A stretch of 64,000 bases of DNA from Eledone cirrhosa (GCA_964016885.1 OZ024745.1:95294001-95358000); one strand, 5' to 3'; shown: positions 10,900 to 24,083, counted from the first letter of the stretch. The notes: generated from the letters alone by a model not told the origin. A program made the numbers and translations.

Positions 10900-11800
10900 T
10901 TGATTCCTTAGTATCTGTAAATCTGTGTTTGGTTTAATACGTTTATCTCTCTTTCTTTATCTAACAGTGTAATATTGGTTTCAATTCATTTTCTTCCCTA
11001 CAAGGTTGCATTGGTGTATTTTCCCAATTCTTATCTCATATCAATTCCTGTCACAAATCTTCGTAAACACTACAGCAGTGTTTTAGATTTTTATCATCTA
11101 CAGCCTTTGGCTTGAAGTCATCATAATACAAAGGATTTTTATTGTTTACCTTTTGTATATTTATATCCAAGTATAATATGATATTGGTAACAGATGTTAA
11201 AACAATATAGAAAAGAAATAGAAAAACGAAGGTTCCTTGAAAAATTTCTATTGTTAGTTTTAACTTCTTCTATCAATATATTCAAACATTTTTGCCATTT
11301 ACTTATATCGAGTTTAATATATTGATTATAAATCCTATCTTACTCACAGTTAAAGCTGCCATAATTCGTGTGGAAGATATTGCAAAAAGTCTTCTGCTAG
11401 AAAATCCATATTATTCTTAAACCCTTCTTTTTCCTTCTATAACATCCTTCTTGTTTTTCTGGGAAAAAGCTTTTTTACGTTATTTCTTTGCGATATTAAT
11501 CCAGTAATTGTTTTAGGTGGAGTGTGGTCTGTGAGAAGCAGGTTTCGGGTCTGTAGTTTTTTTTCCGGTTTGCTGATTCTTTTGCTTTGGGTATTAAGAG
11601 AATTTCCCCACTGAATGAATTAGTTAGTTGCAATCTCCAGCTCTGTCACTAAGAAACTTCCCTAGCTCTTTGCAAAATATGATATTTTATGTTTTAGTAT
11701 ATTTCAGTAGTTTATGTTCTTTTGTTTGTTTTTGCAATGTGTGGGTTAATTCTGCTCTCACGGCTTCCAGATGCTATATTCGTTGTTTTAAACAATCAAT
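10900..11800 (-). pseudogene. Highly degraded non-LTR retrotransposon RT relic (R4/RLE-like)
   Basis: Minus strand at about 11480-11610 gives GEILLIPK...YRPETC...KTITGLI, resembling LIPK..NYRPITCL..K..TG.I. Many stops. Confidence 0.4.
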
Positions 11801-12438
11801 TTCGTCCATAGCGGTTCTTTCGCTGTCTATATTCCGTCACAGAATTCATTTACTTCTCTTTCTGTTGGTCTTGCATTAATATTTATTACTTTTATTGTTA
11901 CCCAGTTCTTAATGATAACGCTTTTGGTTGGAGTCAAACTATATTTTGTTCAAAATATCGTTTTCGCTCTTCATGTCGACCAACACTTTACAGTTTAGCA
12001 AGAATTCTTTTATTTAAGTGTTTTTTTGTTTTTTTTTCAATGTTGATACTATTTTATTTTTGTTGTTGTATTTCTGTAGTATGAATATTCATTCATCAAG
12101 TGTGTCAATTTGTTATTGATTTCATTAAGAATTGGGATATATTTTCACTTATTTTCTAACTTGCTTCTATGTGAAGGTTTTATTCACGATTTATTTGATA
12201 ATTTAGATTTTTATATTTTACACTCCAATTTTGCATATATTTTATGCATGGAATTAAAAATACGAGTTTCCTTTAGACCCTGACGTTAATGGCACGGTTT
12301 TGTGTTACTGATATATGACCTAATGTCTTCGGAAACATAAATAATATTCGGTGTCTTCAGCAAACTGTAACAAGATATATGGATCATACATATATATGCA
12401 CACACATACATGTACACAAACACACACACACAAGCGCG

Positions 12439-12497
<59 letters not shown>

Positions 12498-12719
12498 GCA
12501 CGTACACACTCTCGCATATACACTCTATTTTCTACTAGGCTGTTCCCATGAATTTTGCAGGCCCTCCGTAACCGATGCTGTCAATGTTGTTGTTGTTATT
12601 GTCGTGAGGGTCACTATGTGTTGGTCAGTAGTGGTCTGCTATGTGTTTTTTTATTATTATCGTTTACTTCGTGTGGATGAAGGGCCTGTGCTCTTGGTCT
12701 TTGCAAGCCTTCTGAGACC

Positions 12720-13277
12720 GATGAGATTGATTCTTTTGATGTTCAGTTTAAATTGTTACTAGTGGACTCTTTCATGAAAGACATGTGCAAAGATAGAATT
12801 CTATTCAAGAGAGATGATATTCTGGGAAGTAAGGGGTGGACTTAGTGGATATAACAAGCTTGGGGAGTTATACACTATATTCGGTCAAGAGAGGAGTGGG
12901 GACGAGTGCCTGATGAAGGTGGCATGGTGACTATCAGTTCTGAGGAGTAGATGTCATTGTATAGCAACAGAACTATAGACCAGAAGCTGGAACGTGCCTG
13001 TCATTGACTTTATATCAATCGAACACTTGGATTTTTTCTGTAAGTGGTCTATGCTGCAGTTGTACATATATGAGGCCGCAAGATCGTCCCAGATATAGGA
13101 ATACTACTTCATAGTAGACTTTACTTGAACATTGTAGAAATCAGAAGTTATTGGGAGAGACGTGGAGTGTTTTCTGTCTCTGAAGAGAAGATCAAGTCTA
13201 GTCTATGTAGTTCTAACTATATCTAAGATGTCCGTTTGCTATGAGAGATTCTTAATGAGACTGCGGTCTAACGAGGG
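12720..13277 (-). pseudogene. Degraded CR1/Jockey-group LINE 3' relic
   Basis: Minus strand resembles LSW..HI..I...RL.LL.R.R...FY.VQVKSTM.Y.S.IW. Truncated by the assembly gap. Confidence 0.45.
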
Positions 13278-13477
13278 NNNNNNNNNNNNNNNNNNNNNNN
13301 NNNNNNNNNNNNNNNNNNNNNNNNNNNNNNNNNNNNNNNNNNNNNNNNNNNNNNNNNNNNNNNNNNNNNNNNNNNNNNNNNNNNNNNNNNNNNNNNNNNN
13401 NNNNNNNNNNNNNNNNNNNNNNNNNNNNNNNNNNNNNNNNNNNNNNNNNNNNNNNNNNNNNNNNNNNNNNNNNNNNN
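13278..13477. other. Assembly gap (200 N)
   Basis: Run of N. Confidence 1.
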
Positions 13478-13559
13478 ACAATATAACAGTCAACTATTTA
13501 CTGGCTGCACCATAGGAGGCACATTATAAACAGTTTCAATAATAACGTCTGTATTATTG

Positions 13560-13758
13560 TTAGAGCGTCGGACACCATGCTTCACGGCTGAGAGTTACAA
13601 CCCTTTACGTTCTGAGTTCAAATCCCGCCGAGGTTATCTTTGCCTTCCATCCTTACGGAATCGATAAAATAAAGTACCAGTAATTACTGGGTTCGATTTA
13701 ATCGATTTTTCCCTCCCCTTCAAATTGCTGGCCTTGTGCCTAAATCAGAAACAATTAT
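13560..13758 (+). mobile_element. SINE S1 (longer variant, 5' eroded)
   Basis: gagttcaaatcccgccgagg...gataaaataaagtaccag...agaaacaatta. Confidence 0.8.
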
Positions 13759-13990
13759 TGTTACGCACGGCCAGTATTTTAAATAAATATTATTGTTCAA
13801 CTGTATTCAAACTGTTATTAATCTTCACCAAGAAAGCGAATCTAAACATTATTTGAACAATTTATGATGGCACGTACATGATTAGCAAATATTTTTACTG
13901 GCAGCGTAGCAACGGGATTTTACTAGTTTAGTATTAAACGAAGACTAGATTTGAGTAGAAAAGTAAACGGAGAAAAGAATATATATTTCC

Positions 13991-14115
13991 ATATATGTAT
14001 ATTGAGACATATGTATATTGAGACATATATGTATATTGAGTCATATATGTATATTGAGTTATATATGTATACTGAGTCATGTATGTATATTGAGTCATAT
14101 ATGTATATTGAGACG
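13991..14115. repeat. About 18-bp minisatellite (atatgtatattgagtcat), about 7 copies
   Basis: Direct reading. It gives the QYTYMT repeat ORF. Confidence 0.85.
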
Positions 14116-14117
14116 CA

Positions 14118-14268
14118 TTGTTAGAGTCGTTAGAACGTCGAATAGAATGATTTGCATTATTCGTTTTGATTCTCTGCTTTCTGAGTTCAAATCCCACTGA
14201 AGTCAACTTTGCCTTTCATCCTTCTCAGGTCGATAAAAATGTTCCAGTCTAGTACTAGGGTCGATTCT
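14118..14268 (+). mobile_element. Degenerate SINE S1
   Basis: ctgagttcaaatcccactgaagtcaactttgcctttcatcc. Confidence 0.65.
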
Positions 14269-14896
14269 TTCTCTATATCTCTTTCTCACTTCCGTTTTCT
14301 CACCCTCTATCCATGTCTGGAAGAAATATGCTGCATTCAGAGCTGTATAGAGAGATAGGCTCCGCCAGGTTTTAAAAGGCCCTAGAAATTCCGTATACCA
14401 CTACGTCACCCAATACGGCTCCCCCAGGAGTTAAGAGACTATCCATATGTATATACCATATATAATTCATTAAAAGAAAGAAACCACGAAAGATTTAAAA
14501 GAAAATGTAATTTCCTAGAAATTATTTCATGTTGTCACAGCAGATGATAATTATTTATGTGTGAGTGTTTGTGTTCGTGCATGTGTCTGTGTGCACACAT
14601 GTGTTTATCTGTGTATGCGTATGTGTGAATTCTTTTTCTTTTCGTATCTTCGAAGCATGTGGTTATATGATAGTTTCCCATTTCTTTCCACAGTCCTGTG
14701 CATTATTATTAAATTCTGCGAGATGCACGCGTATCGTTGTTTCGTTCGTTCTATATACATCCCTCATTCTTTACCTGATACTTCACTTAGTATGTATGCT
14801 CCTACTTCAACTCATATGTTAACTCTCTTTACTAGTCGTCAAACGTAACACCGGACTAACTAACTAACGCAACAGGTATATGTTAGAGATTCACAC

Positions 14897-15084
14897 CGGT
14901 GGATTGGCAGTATCGGTAGAGGGTCGGACGCCATGCTTTTCAGCATAGAATTAGGGCCCTTTACGATCTGAGTTCAAATCCTGCCGAGGTTAACTTTGTC
15001 TTTCATCTTTACAAGGTCGATAAAATAAAGTACCAGTAATACACTGGGGTAATTGCTGGCCTTGTGCTAAAAGTAGAAACAATT
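14897..15084 (+). mobile_element. SINE S1 with TSD
   Basis: Full consensus, with TSD tatatgttagagattcac at about 14877 and about 15084. Confidence 0.9.
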
Positions 15085-15484
15085 ATATGTTAGAGATTCA
15101 CTAAACAGTATATTTGTCTTTTAACACAATAATTGGTAACGATGAAAGTCGCCACAATAAAAATTCAAATGATTTGCTCCTGATTTTCAGGGCATATGTT
15201 TTCGTTATTGTTTATCCCCAACTCGGTACTAATCGACTACACAGATACATTTTTTTTTTCTTTGTTCATTTTGTAGATAAGATAAAATGTAATTTGAAGT
15301 TGATTTGGTTGCTATTTCTCGCAAGCCGAGTTACAGTGTAGAGGTCAACTCTTTGTAACCGAAAGTGCTTGCGAGATTTTTATTTTATATTTTCCAATTT
15401 TCTTCGAAGATATTTTATATGACTTTAAAAGAATATAAAAAATAAATTTATTGATAATAATCTAAATATTTTCTGTTGTTTCAG

Positions 15485-15583
15485 GTTGTTATCATGTTGG
15501 TTTCTATACTGTTTGTTTTCGGCATTTGTTGGTTGCCTTATCTAATATCACTGCTATATTCAGAATATAAAGGTTCCGACGAG
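15485..15583 (+). CDS. Class A GPCR exon encoding TM6 (neuropeptide-receptor-like)
   Basis: tttcag|...|gtatgt, 99 nt, phase 0: VVIMLVSILFVFGICWLPYLISLLYSEYKGSDE (CWxP motif). Confidence 0.92.
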
Positions 15584-15869
15584 GTATGTTATACTTTTGG
15601 TAAATTATTTTTCCTGTATCGTGGTTATGACTGCTTTAAAACATAATTGTTTTCTTTCGAGTATATATAATAATTTGAAAAATATGTATTTTAAAGGGTT
15701 AATAAGGAACGATGGTAAGGTGGGTTAAATACTTTTCTAATGCTTATTGTTGTCAAACAATATTCTACTTTGTCATACTTCTAAAGTAGATGCAACACTT
15801 TATACTGCTATATAAGTATCGATTCATTTCATTATATACCTTCTCTGGGAAGGTAGGGTTAGAGTGGTT

Positions 15870-16062
15870 TCAGAATGGTTAGAGTGTCGGACAAAATGCT
15901 TTGTAATATTCAGCTATGTGTCTTTATGTTCCGAGTTTAATCCTGCACTTCATCCGTTCGTGGTCGATAAAATAAAGTAACGTTGAAGTATCGGGGGAAA
16001 TTTAATTGACTGCCACCCCTCCACTTAAATTACTAACCTTGTGCTTAAATTAGAAACCATTA
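15870..16062 (+). mobile_element. Degenerate SINE S1
   Basis: gtcggacaaaatgc...gtcgataaaataaagta...agaaaccatta. Confidence 0.6.
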
Positions 16063-16299
16063 TACATGTTCTTTACAAATATGGTTTTGCATCTATTGTG
16101 CCTGACGTGTACCTCAGAAGGGGTCAGATTGAATCTAGGCATCTAGAATATATTTCATTTAACTAATTTCCTTGAAAAATGAATGAACATCACAACCTCA
16201 TTGCCTTAACATGGGCCACAACGCTTTAGTTACTGAGAATAATCTATAAAGTTTAATCGCTTGACCCTAATTATCATTTTATTATTAATAATTATTAAT

Positions 16300-16900
16300 A
16301 AACTGATAAGAAAGCAAAAATTCGGAGAACTATTACAGTATTTATCATTTTAGATTAAGGGGTAGTTTATTCATACTGACATTTTCATATTCCCTATTTG
16401 TGCAATTTCGTATTTCAAAGAAGAAAGGGTTGTGTTTCTTCCTCCTTTGGTTCTTTGTTATTCTTGAATTAAATGACCAAGCCACATCCATTAATAAATA
16501 TATCTTTTTAACCTTGTCAACCATTGTTAAGTCTGGGTTATTGGGTTCAAATTTTTTATCAATTTATTGGGAAACCCCAAAGTATTTTACACATTTCGGA
16601 TTCAATGACACATATCAGACCTGTCTTTTTTCAAATTCCCTTTTCTCACACAACTTATCTTTACAACCTCATTATGTATTGATTTTGTGCTAGTTTATAG
16701 CATTCACAAACAGCATTCACATTCTTCACAAAGGAAATGCTTTTTCCCTTCTTTGGTGAACAGTACGTCATCCTGGCCTGCAAGAGTCGTACCGTTTCTA
16801 TATTCAATGTACCTTCTTATGAACCAATCCTATCTTCGTTGTACTGCTACTTCAACTGACACAGTGAAATTGTTTGTGTAGTTCTTTGTTGAGCACTGCT
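16300..16900 (-). pseudogene. Degraded R4/Dong-like restriction-like endonuclease relic
   Basis: Minus strand KIL(W)GFP...DKKFEPNNPDLTMVDKVKKIYLLMDVA resembles the ILWDF..D...N.PDI.. RLE motif. Confidence 0.5.
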
Positions 16901-16918
16901 TCAATATATATGTATATA

Positions 16919-17337
16919 TTAGAATTGGTGCTCTGAAATAGCGATGTATATATGAATGTATATATAATGTATTTTGCAATACACTATATGCTTAATTAAA
17001 AACATTTTGAAGACCTTACGCTATTGTTTTAAAGTAGTGACTATGTCACTTACTTCTTTTTTCAACAAACAAAGGAAGATAAGCTGACAGATCTCTGTTT
17101 CATACTGTTGGTATTCCTCAGAGCTTAGCACTCCCCTTGTTTGTTGAAAATTATGAATGTTGGATTCTTATAGAATTCCAGTAATAATCAGGAACTGATT
17201 ATACAGAGCGGTTACCGGTCCAGCAAAAATTGAAAATTAGAATTGGTGCTCTGAAATAGCGATATATATATGAATGTATATATAGAATGTATATATGTAT
17301 ATATCAGTATTTCAGAGCAACAATTCTAATTTTCAAT
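16919..17337 (-). mobile_element. Small pLTR/retrozyme-like element (318-bp period + inverted tail) with hammerhead
   Basis: ttagaattggtgctctgaaatagcgat occurs at 16919 and 17237. 17308-17337 is an inverted copy of 17231-17258. Confidence 0.7.
17081..17126 (-). ncRNA. Type I hammerhead ribozyme
   Basis: aagct-CTGAGGA-atac caaca gtat-GAAA-cagagatctg-tc-agctt (GUC). Stem I can be extended by ttttcaacaaacaa / ttgtttgttgaaaa. Confidence 0.85.
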
Positions 17338-17567
17338 AGTGTGTGTGTGTTTGTATTACAGAAGTTTGTGATTATTTCATATATCACTTACTTTAATTCT
17401 GACATACAGTCAGAAGCTTTGTAAGTGGTAAGATCTCTTAATGATCCTATCGTTAAAGAAGCCCGAGTAACATTAAAATAATCAAGTAGTTGATCTGGAG
17501 CTGATAAATGTATCATACCTTTTGTTCAGAAAAACAGAGATGAGAGGGCGCGGAGAAAATTATATAT

Positions 17568-17568
<1 letters not shown>

Positions 17569-17640
<72 letters not shown>
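17569..17640. repeat. (GATA)n tract, 3' flank of Tx1 copy A
   Basis: Direct reading. Further tracts at 23432-23456, 23842-23860, 24085-24158 and 27997-28034. Confidence 0.98.
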
Positions 17641-17641
<1 letters not shown>

Positions 17642-17875
17642 TTCTTTATTAGCCACAAGGGCGCAACAAGAAAGGGGACAATACAAAGACATGCCGGGGA
17701 TTTTACATACAGTCGTGTAAAAAAATATAAAAACAAACAATTTCAACAATCGAAATCCCCAATAGGGGGGAGGCGCCACAAATGGGTTGTTTAATACCCC
17801 GTCGATAGAACAACCCTCAACTCAAGGAGCGTGTTGTGCAAGTGCTCCTTTCTTCCTTTTGCTCTCTTCCTCAAC

Positions 17876-20800
17876 CTACAGGCTTATAAACAGAGAAGGC
17901 CCAATCACTCGGGCCATTTTCGCTTCATTCACCCACCTTTCAGTAAATTTACTGGGGTTCAGTGCCTCTCTCTCCACCCTGATTCTCCTTCTAAAGTGAT
18001 ACTTAAAGAATGGAATCAATTGTTGTCCGGAGAGAAAGGCATCTGTCCTCAGTCCTCTCAACCTCGTCCACCATATAACTTCTTTCACCATAGCCACCGT
18101 ACAGAGGAAAACCGCCTCTCTTTCGTTTTTGAAAGAGTCTGGCGGTTTGATCCTTACTATGGACTCGGCAGTCAACTGTATTTGTCCCATACGCGACAGC
18201 AGTTGTTCTGCATAGTTCCACAGGTCGCTTACGCCCGGGCAGTGTACAATTGCGTGCAGAACTGTTTCAATGTCCTGCGCACATCTTGGACACGTCCTCT
18301 TGGAAGGATCCCTGCCAGGGCGTCCGTGCCTGTAGATCTTGTCACGAACCGGTAGAGCTCCTCGGTAGCACTGCCAGGCCAGGGACCTCTGGAAGTTGTC
18401 CATAGGTCCCGGGCGGAAAGTCCTACCAAACATACTGGTGAGCTCATCGTCTTCGACGCCCAGAGTCTCTCCGAGCACGTCGTCGCCCTTGTAACGTACA
18501 ATCCCTCTATAGAATGTCGAAGTGGAGTCTCCACTGATTGCTGCGCCCGCTTGCCAGAGGACTGTGAGCGCCTGAGCGTATTCAATGTGCCAGGCGCCCA
18601 TCGTTTTCGGTCTTTTCTTCACCCAGGACTGCAGCTCCGTTAGCGAGACGAGCTGTGGGAAAGCCTGTCTCACAAACGGTGCCCACACCGGTTGGGGGTC
18701 GGTGAGGAATACCTGGAGATGCGCAGCCTCAGCGCATGTTTGCGCATCATCAGCCACGGCATTCCCAGCCCTCCGTTGGAAGGGTGCTGACAGCAGACGG
18801 ATCTCCTCACCAGCGGAGCCTGCTTCTTCCACAGAAACTGGAAGAGCATGCGTTCCATCTTGGCGAGGTGTTCACGGGGACAAGGCACGACAGTCAAGCG
18901 GTAGTAGATGACGGACGCTATGAAAGTGTTCGCCACCTCCGCTCGACCTTTCAAGGACAGTTTGCACTCTGCGCACTTCTGAGTGAGTGCAAACACCTTG
19001 GCCGTGACCTCGTTCCAGTTTTTCTCCACCTGGAGGTCTGGACCGAACCAGACCCCGAGCAATTTCACCGGTCCGTCCGTCCAGCGTCCAACGACGCTGT
19101 CGGATGTCATCGGTTTGCCTCTCCACGTACCGAGTTGCAAACCGACAGACTTGTCTGGGTTTAGTTTTGCTCCCGCCAGCGTTTCGTATTCTTTCAGTAT
19201 GTTGCCGATCACCCCGATTTCCGAGGTGCTCGACACCATTACTGTCACGTCGTCGGCATAAGCCGACGCCGCTTTGCGCAGTCCCGGTTCTAGGGAGATG
19301 CCCTGCAACAGCTCCAATTTCCGCAGTAGTGGCTCTAGAGTCATTACATACAGAATGGAGGAGAGAGGGCATCCCTTTCGAATGGAACGCGTGATTGCGA
19401 ACGGGTCCGATAGGTAGCCGTTCACCTTGACCCTCGAGCAGATGCTGGTGTGCATCGCCTCGATCCATCCTCTGAACACGGGACCGAAACCGGCCGCCTT
19501 GAGAACCGCTTCCAAGTATCGATGGTCGACCCTATCGAATGGCTTAGACTGATCCAAGTTGATCAGAGCCCCACCGAAGCCGGGTTTACTACCCACCCTC
19601 TCTATGATGTATCGCATGAGGTGGAGGTTGTCGTGTATGGACCTGGTCGGGATTGCACACGTTTGCGCTTTCCCTACCAGGTTCTCGACGACAAGCGCCA
19701 ACCTCGTCGCTAGCACCTTGGCCAAAATCTTTAACTCTGTGTTGAGCAGAGTTATGGGCCTGAAGTTGTTAATTTCGTCCCCCTTGTTCTCGTCTTTCCT
19801 GATCAGCGTTACTACGCCCTTGCCTGCAGAACTGGGAATTCTCCCGTTCTGCTGCCAATTGCAGTAGACGGCTTCGAGGACGCCAGAGAACAAGTCCGGC
19901 ATGCCTATGTAAAATTCGTAGGGTAGACCATCTAGACCGGGTGACTTGCGTTTCCCGCAGCGGCCCAGAGCGTCCCGTATCTCAGTGTCTGTGATCGGTC
20001 TTTCGCAGAACTCGGCGTCCGTGTTCGAGAGACGCGGCAGGCCGTCGAGGTATGAACTAAAGTCCATTGCCCCGTTCGGCTCACCGTCGTTCTGCTCAAA
20101 CAGTCGCGCAAAGTGCCGCTGAAAGGCCGCGCACATTTGCTTGGGGTCAAGTAGCACGCGTCCGTTTTGGTCTTTCAAAGACCGAATCGTGGACTTGTTG
20201 CCACTTTTTGCCTCCGCCACTCGGGCCCAGCTGACAGCTTTCGCTCCTTCGTTTCCTGGAGCACGTGTTTTGCTTCTGACCACGCAGCCTTCGTGTTTCG
20301 CATCGAAGAACTGGTCCAGTGCCGTTCTCGACGCTAACACTCTAGCCGCGTTGCCACTTCTAAGTGCCTCCTCTACCTTGGCTACTAGTTCTCTTTCTAT
20401 TCTGTTTTTCTCTAAGGCTAACTCTCTGCTATACCCTATCGATTCTATTCTAATTGCTTTCTTGAGAGAGTACCACCATCTATTGTTGACGATGGCTCCC
20501 GTTAACTGTTGCTTGACTAGTTTACTTATCCGTTCACTGTAAGCTTTACGTGCCGGCAACGACACGTTCAGCTTCCAGTATCCGGGACCCTGTCTATGTA
20601 TTCTATCACGGTTGACTAAGCAGACGACTAACTTGTGATCTGAATAGGCAACCATGTGCATTCGTGGACAGCTTAACATATCCTTGTCCCTTTCTCTAAT
20701 GAAGAACCTATCTAAATACGATCTAGATGTCCCACTGCGGTTTACCCACGTCCACTGTGGTGCAGTCGGGAAATCCAGTCGATACCTATCGGCCAGTTGG

Positions 20801-21321
20801 AATTGGCCGATTAAAGTTTTGAGGCTGTTGCACCCCGCTCTACTGGGACATGCTCCCACATAGTCCCACCGTGCATCTAGGATACCATTCCAGTCCCCCA
20901 CTAAAAGTAAGGAGCGAGACGTTCCCAGAAAAGACTCTAGACGCTTAAAGAAGTCTGGCCGTGATTGCGATTGCCCGGTCGGGGCATAAACGGCCACCAG
21001 TCTGAAGGCTCCACCTCCGATACTGTTCACGTCTAGGACTACCAGTCTACCCTCCGGGTCCAAGTGTACTTGCTGTACTCCGACGTCCAGGTTCTTCCGA
21101 AACATAACAGCCACTCCACCTCCACCTCCTGGCTGACAGAGAGATGCGTAGATCTCAAAGTCGTCGAAGATGGGGGTTAGTTGCTGCCTGTTGTGGATTC
21201 TGGACTCGGTGATGGCTATCACATCCATACTGTGTGACCTAAGGTCGTTTAAAAGTTGGCCCTGTTTCCAGGGCATCCCTAGGCCACGCACATTCACGGT
21301 TCCAACTCGTAAACTAGCCAT
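17876..21321 (-). pseudogene. Tx1 ORF2 (APE endonuclease-RT-zf), one frameshift near 18722
   Basis: NVRGL, ITESR, VYAP, GDWN, SYLDR, YSDH; KSPGLDGLP, FRPITLLN, YADD; CPRC..ETVLHAIVHC. ORFs 18670-21321 and 17876-18832 join by a 1-nt deletion relative to copy D (LRLRHL). Confidence 0.92.
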
Positions 21322-21362
21322 GTTGGTGAAGAAAAGTTGGAGAAAAAGGACGAAAGGTGCAC

Positions 21363-23227
21363 TTACCTTTTCGTTTCCTGGAGATCGGGTTGTTCAATCT
21401 CCATTTGGGTGCTGGATGGGGTGTTGGGTGGGGTGGGGAAACCTTTCAACAGGACGCGGTTGATGGGTTTGTGGCAGGGGTTGCCCACGTCCTGTGAAAA
21501 TTTAATTTTCAGGTCTTTATAGGTTTCCATAGAAACCCTTATAAGTTTAAGGTGTGGAGACGATTCTGCCTTGACGAAAGTTTTGCCCTCCGTCTCCACC
21601 TTGGGGTTTTGGGAGATGACCTCCATCAAACTCTTGTTGTTTGTGTTGATGTATGCGTATTGTTGTTTGTGTTTTTGTTGTATTGTTTTAGTTTGTTGTT
21701 CATCTGGGAGTTTTCTTTTTATGGTGGGTGCTTGTGTTTGGGGTGGTGTTGGTGCTGGTTTTGCTGATAGGGGGGTGTTTGACTGTGGTGTTGTTTGTGT
21801 TGTTGTTTGTGTCTGTGGTTGTGTGTTGGTGTTGGTGATTGGAGTTTTGGGGGTTTTGTGGTGTCTCTTTTTTTGTTTTTTGGATTTCCGCGGTTCTCCC
21901 TCTTCTTCACTTAAAGAAGGAGAAGCAGCTTCATCCGTCGATGAATAATCATCGTCAGGTGTGTGGGGTAAGGGTATGTTGTGTGGTGGTGGTGTTTCGG
22001 TATGTGTGTTTGTGGTAGTGTTTGATGGAGTGGGATGAAGTGGGGATGTGTTCTTCAGGGGTGTTGTCTCTGTTTTTTTGTTGTTGTTGGTTGAGTGTCT
22101 GTTTGTTTTGGTGTGGTTGCTCGTTTCGTCTGTCGTTGTACTTGTGGTGGTGGTGGTGGTTGTTTTGGTGTTGGTGTTGGTAATAGCGTTTTTTTTATGA
22201 TGTTGCTGTTGTGTGTTTGTGGACAAGAGGTGAGATGTGCTACCACAGCGAAAGCAGTGAAATTTTCTTCCTTCTACCGAAATGTTTATTTTGTTGTTAT
22301 TATCAATAACGACTCTTTCGGGTATTTTGGAGATTCTCTCCGGTTTCATTTGCAACAGAATCTCCAAATCGGTGCCCGCCCACCTTTGTCGAATGGATTT
22401 TCGTATCGAAAGTATTATGTCTGTTTCTGGCTCTACGAAGCCAGCCAAGATCCACCAGATGTTAATGCTTGGAGGTATGTTTTTTATTTTTATTTTTTGT
22501 GTCCTTTTCCCCATGTATGTAGGGAAAAAGGTGTATGCTTTTGACACTATTGGTGTCACAGAGTTTTTTTGGGCCAGTGTCTCGCTTTTAAACAGTACGG
22601 AAACGCTTCCGTACTGTTTTCCTCGCTGGAGAAAATCGACATTTGCTAGAATCTCCTTGAAAGAATCTTCTATATCTGACTGATTAACAAATGTCGGTTT
22701 TCTTGACGAATTTGACACAGTCCTAAAAGTGACTGATCGGCGGTTTGTGTCTTCCTTTATTTCAAGGGGTGAGTTAATTCTAAACCCAGCTCTTTCTTCG
22801 AAAGTTACAAATTTTCTCCCTTGCTGGAGCATATCTCTTGCGTTGGAGATATCAAGATTTATAAAATCTTGTTTCTTGTTGACTGTGTCAGCAAAAGACA
22901 TTTTCTTTTTTTGTGTGATGTTGTTGTTGATAATGATGTTATCGTTGTTGGAAATTTTATGTGTAGATGTATCTGTAGAGTTGTTGATGTCTTTTTCATG
23001 TGTATGTATGTCAATGGGTTTTTTTGCCGTGTTTTCCCGTGTGTTATTGTCATTTTTCTCCGCTTCGGCGGTAGAAATTGTAACATTTTCAAATGTTGAT
23101 ATATTTTTTCTTTTGTGACAGTATCTATGGCAACGTCCATAGCAGCAGAAGCAGATATAACGTTAATATCTGCCTCTTTCTCTCCTTTTTCACTATTAAC
23201 GTTCTCCAGCGTTCTAGTGTTGCTCAA
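21363..23227 (-). CDS. Tx1 ORF1 (nucleic-acid-binding, eroded zinc knuckle CFRCGSTSH, Thr/Pro-rich tail); probable frameshift near 23105
   Basis: 512-aa ORF whose frame stays open upstream to about 23100, with the N-terminus probably in ORF 22859-23227. Lies directly upstream of ORF2. Confidence 0.75.
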
Positions 23228-23459
23228 GTTTTTTTTACTTTGTAAAATTGGATATTTTAAGACAAACTTTTAAATAAAATGTTCGCCCCTACAGGGGCGA
23301 AAAATGGGATTACCACCCAGCTGACAATTCAGCTTGGGGGTTAATCTACAAAGTGTTGTATTTTTTTCAAACAATTAGATCGGTTTTTGCATAGAAATTA
23401 ACAAAAAACTTACCGGCGATATTCCACACGTTAGATAGATAGATAGATAGATAGATATA

Positions 23460-23839
23460 TTTCTTTATTAGCCACAGGGGCACAAAAGAAGGGGACAAAT
23501 ACAAAGGGGGAAGTTTACATACAATAAAAACGTGTAAAATATTATCACAAATGCAATTTAAAAAATTAGTCCATTTTCCCCAATAGGGGAGACAGTTCAT
23601 ATGGTTAACACATACCCCCGAAAAAATGTGCAACCCTCATCTCCAGGAGTACGAAGAGTTTGTACTCCTTTCCTCTCCTCCTCCTTTTCCTCAACCTACA
23701 GGCTGATATAGAGAGAAGGCCCATTCACTCGGGCCATTCTCGCCACTTTCACCCACCTTTCATAAAACTTGCTGGGGTGCAGCACCTCTCTCTCCATCCT
23801 GATTCTTCTTCCAAAGTGGTATTTGAAAAAAAGAATCAG
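23460..23839 (-). mobile_element. 5'-truncated Tx1 family 2 (copy B)
   Basis: Matches 24159-24540 and has (GATA)n on both sides. Confidence 0.92.
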
Positions 23840-23860
23840 AAAGATAGATAGATAGATAGA

Positions 23861-24083
23861 TTTCTTTATTAACCACAAGGGCGCAACAAGAAAAGGGGAT
23901 ATTACAAAGACATGCCGGGGATTTTACATACAGTCGTGTAAAAAATATAAAAACAAACAATTTCAACAATGGAAATCCCCAATAGGGGGAAGGCGCCACA
24001 AATGGGTTGTTTAATACCCCGTCGATAGAACAACCCTCAACTCCAGGAGCGTATTGTGCAAGTGCTCCTTTCTTCCTTTTGCT
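23861..24083 (-). mobile_element. 5'-truncated Tx1 family 1 (copy C)
   Basis: Matches 17641-17863 and has (GATA)n on both sides. Confidence 0.92.

Larger units (their letters stand above)
17641..23431 (-). mobile_element. Apparently full-length Tx1/L1-clade non-LTR retrotransposon, family 1 (copy A)
   Basis: ORF1 + ORF2 (APE, RT, C-terminal Cys/His finger). The 3' end aataaagaaa is followed directly by (TCTA)n, and (TCTA)n also flanks the 5' end. Confidence 0.93.

Noticed and set aside
12300-12372. Minus-strand hammerhead (CTGAAGA...GAAGAC)
   Set aside because: GAAA box is broken and stems are weak. At best a decayed relic.
7500-15480. Upstream GPCR exons (TM1-TM5)
   Set aside because: Candidate acceptors at about 8412, 12538 and 15190 gave no GPCR-like translation.
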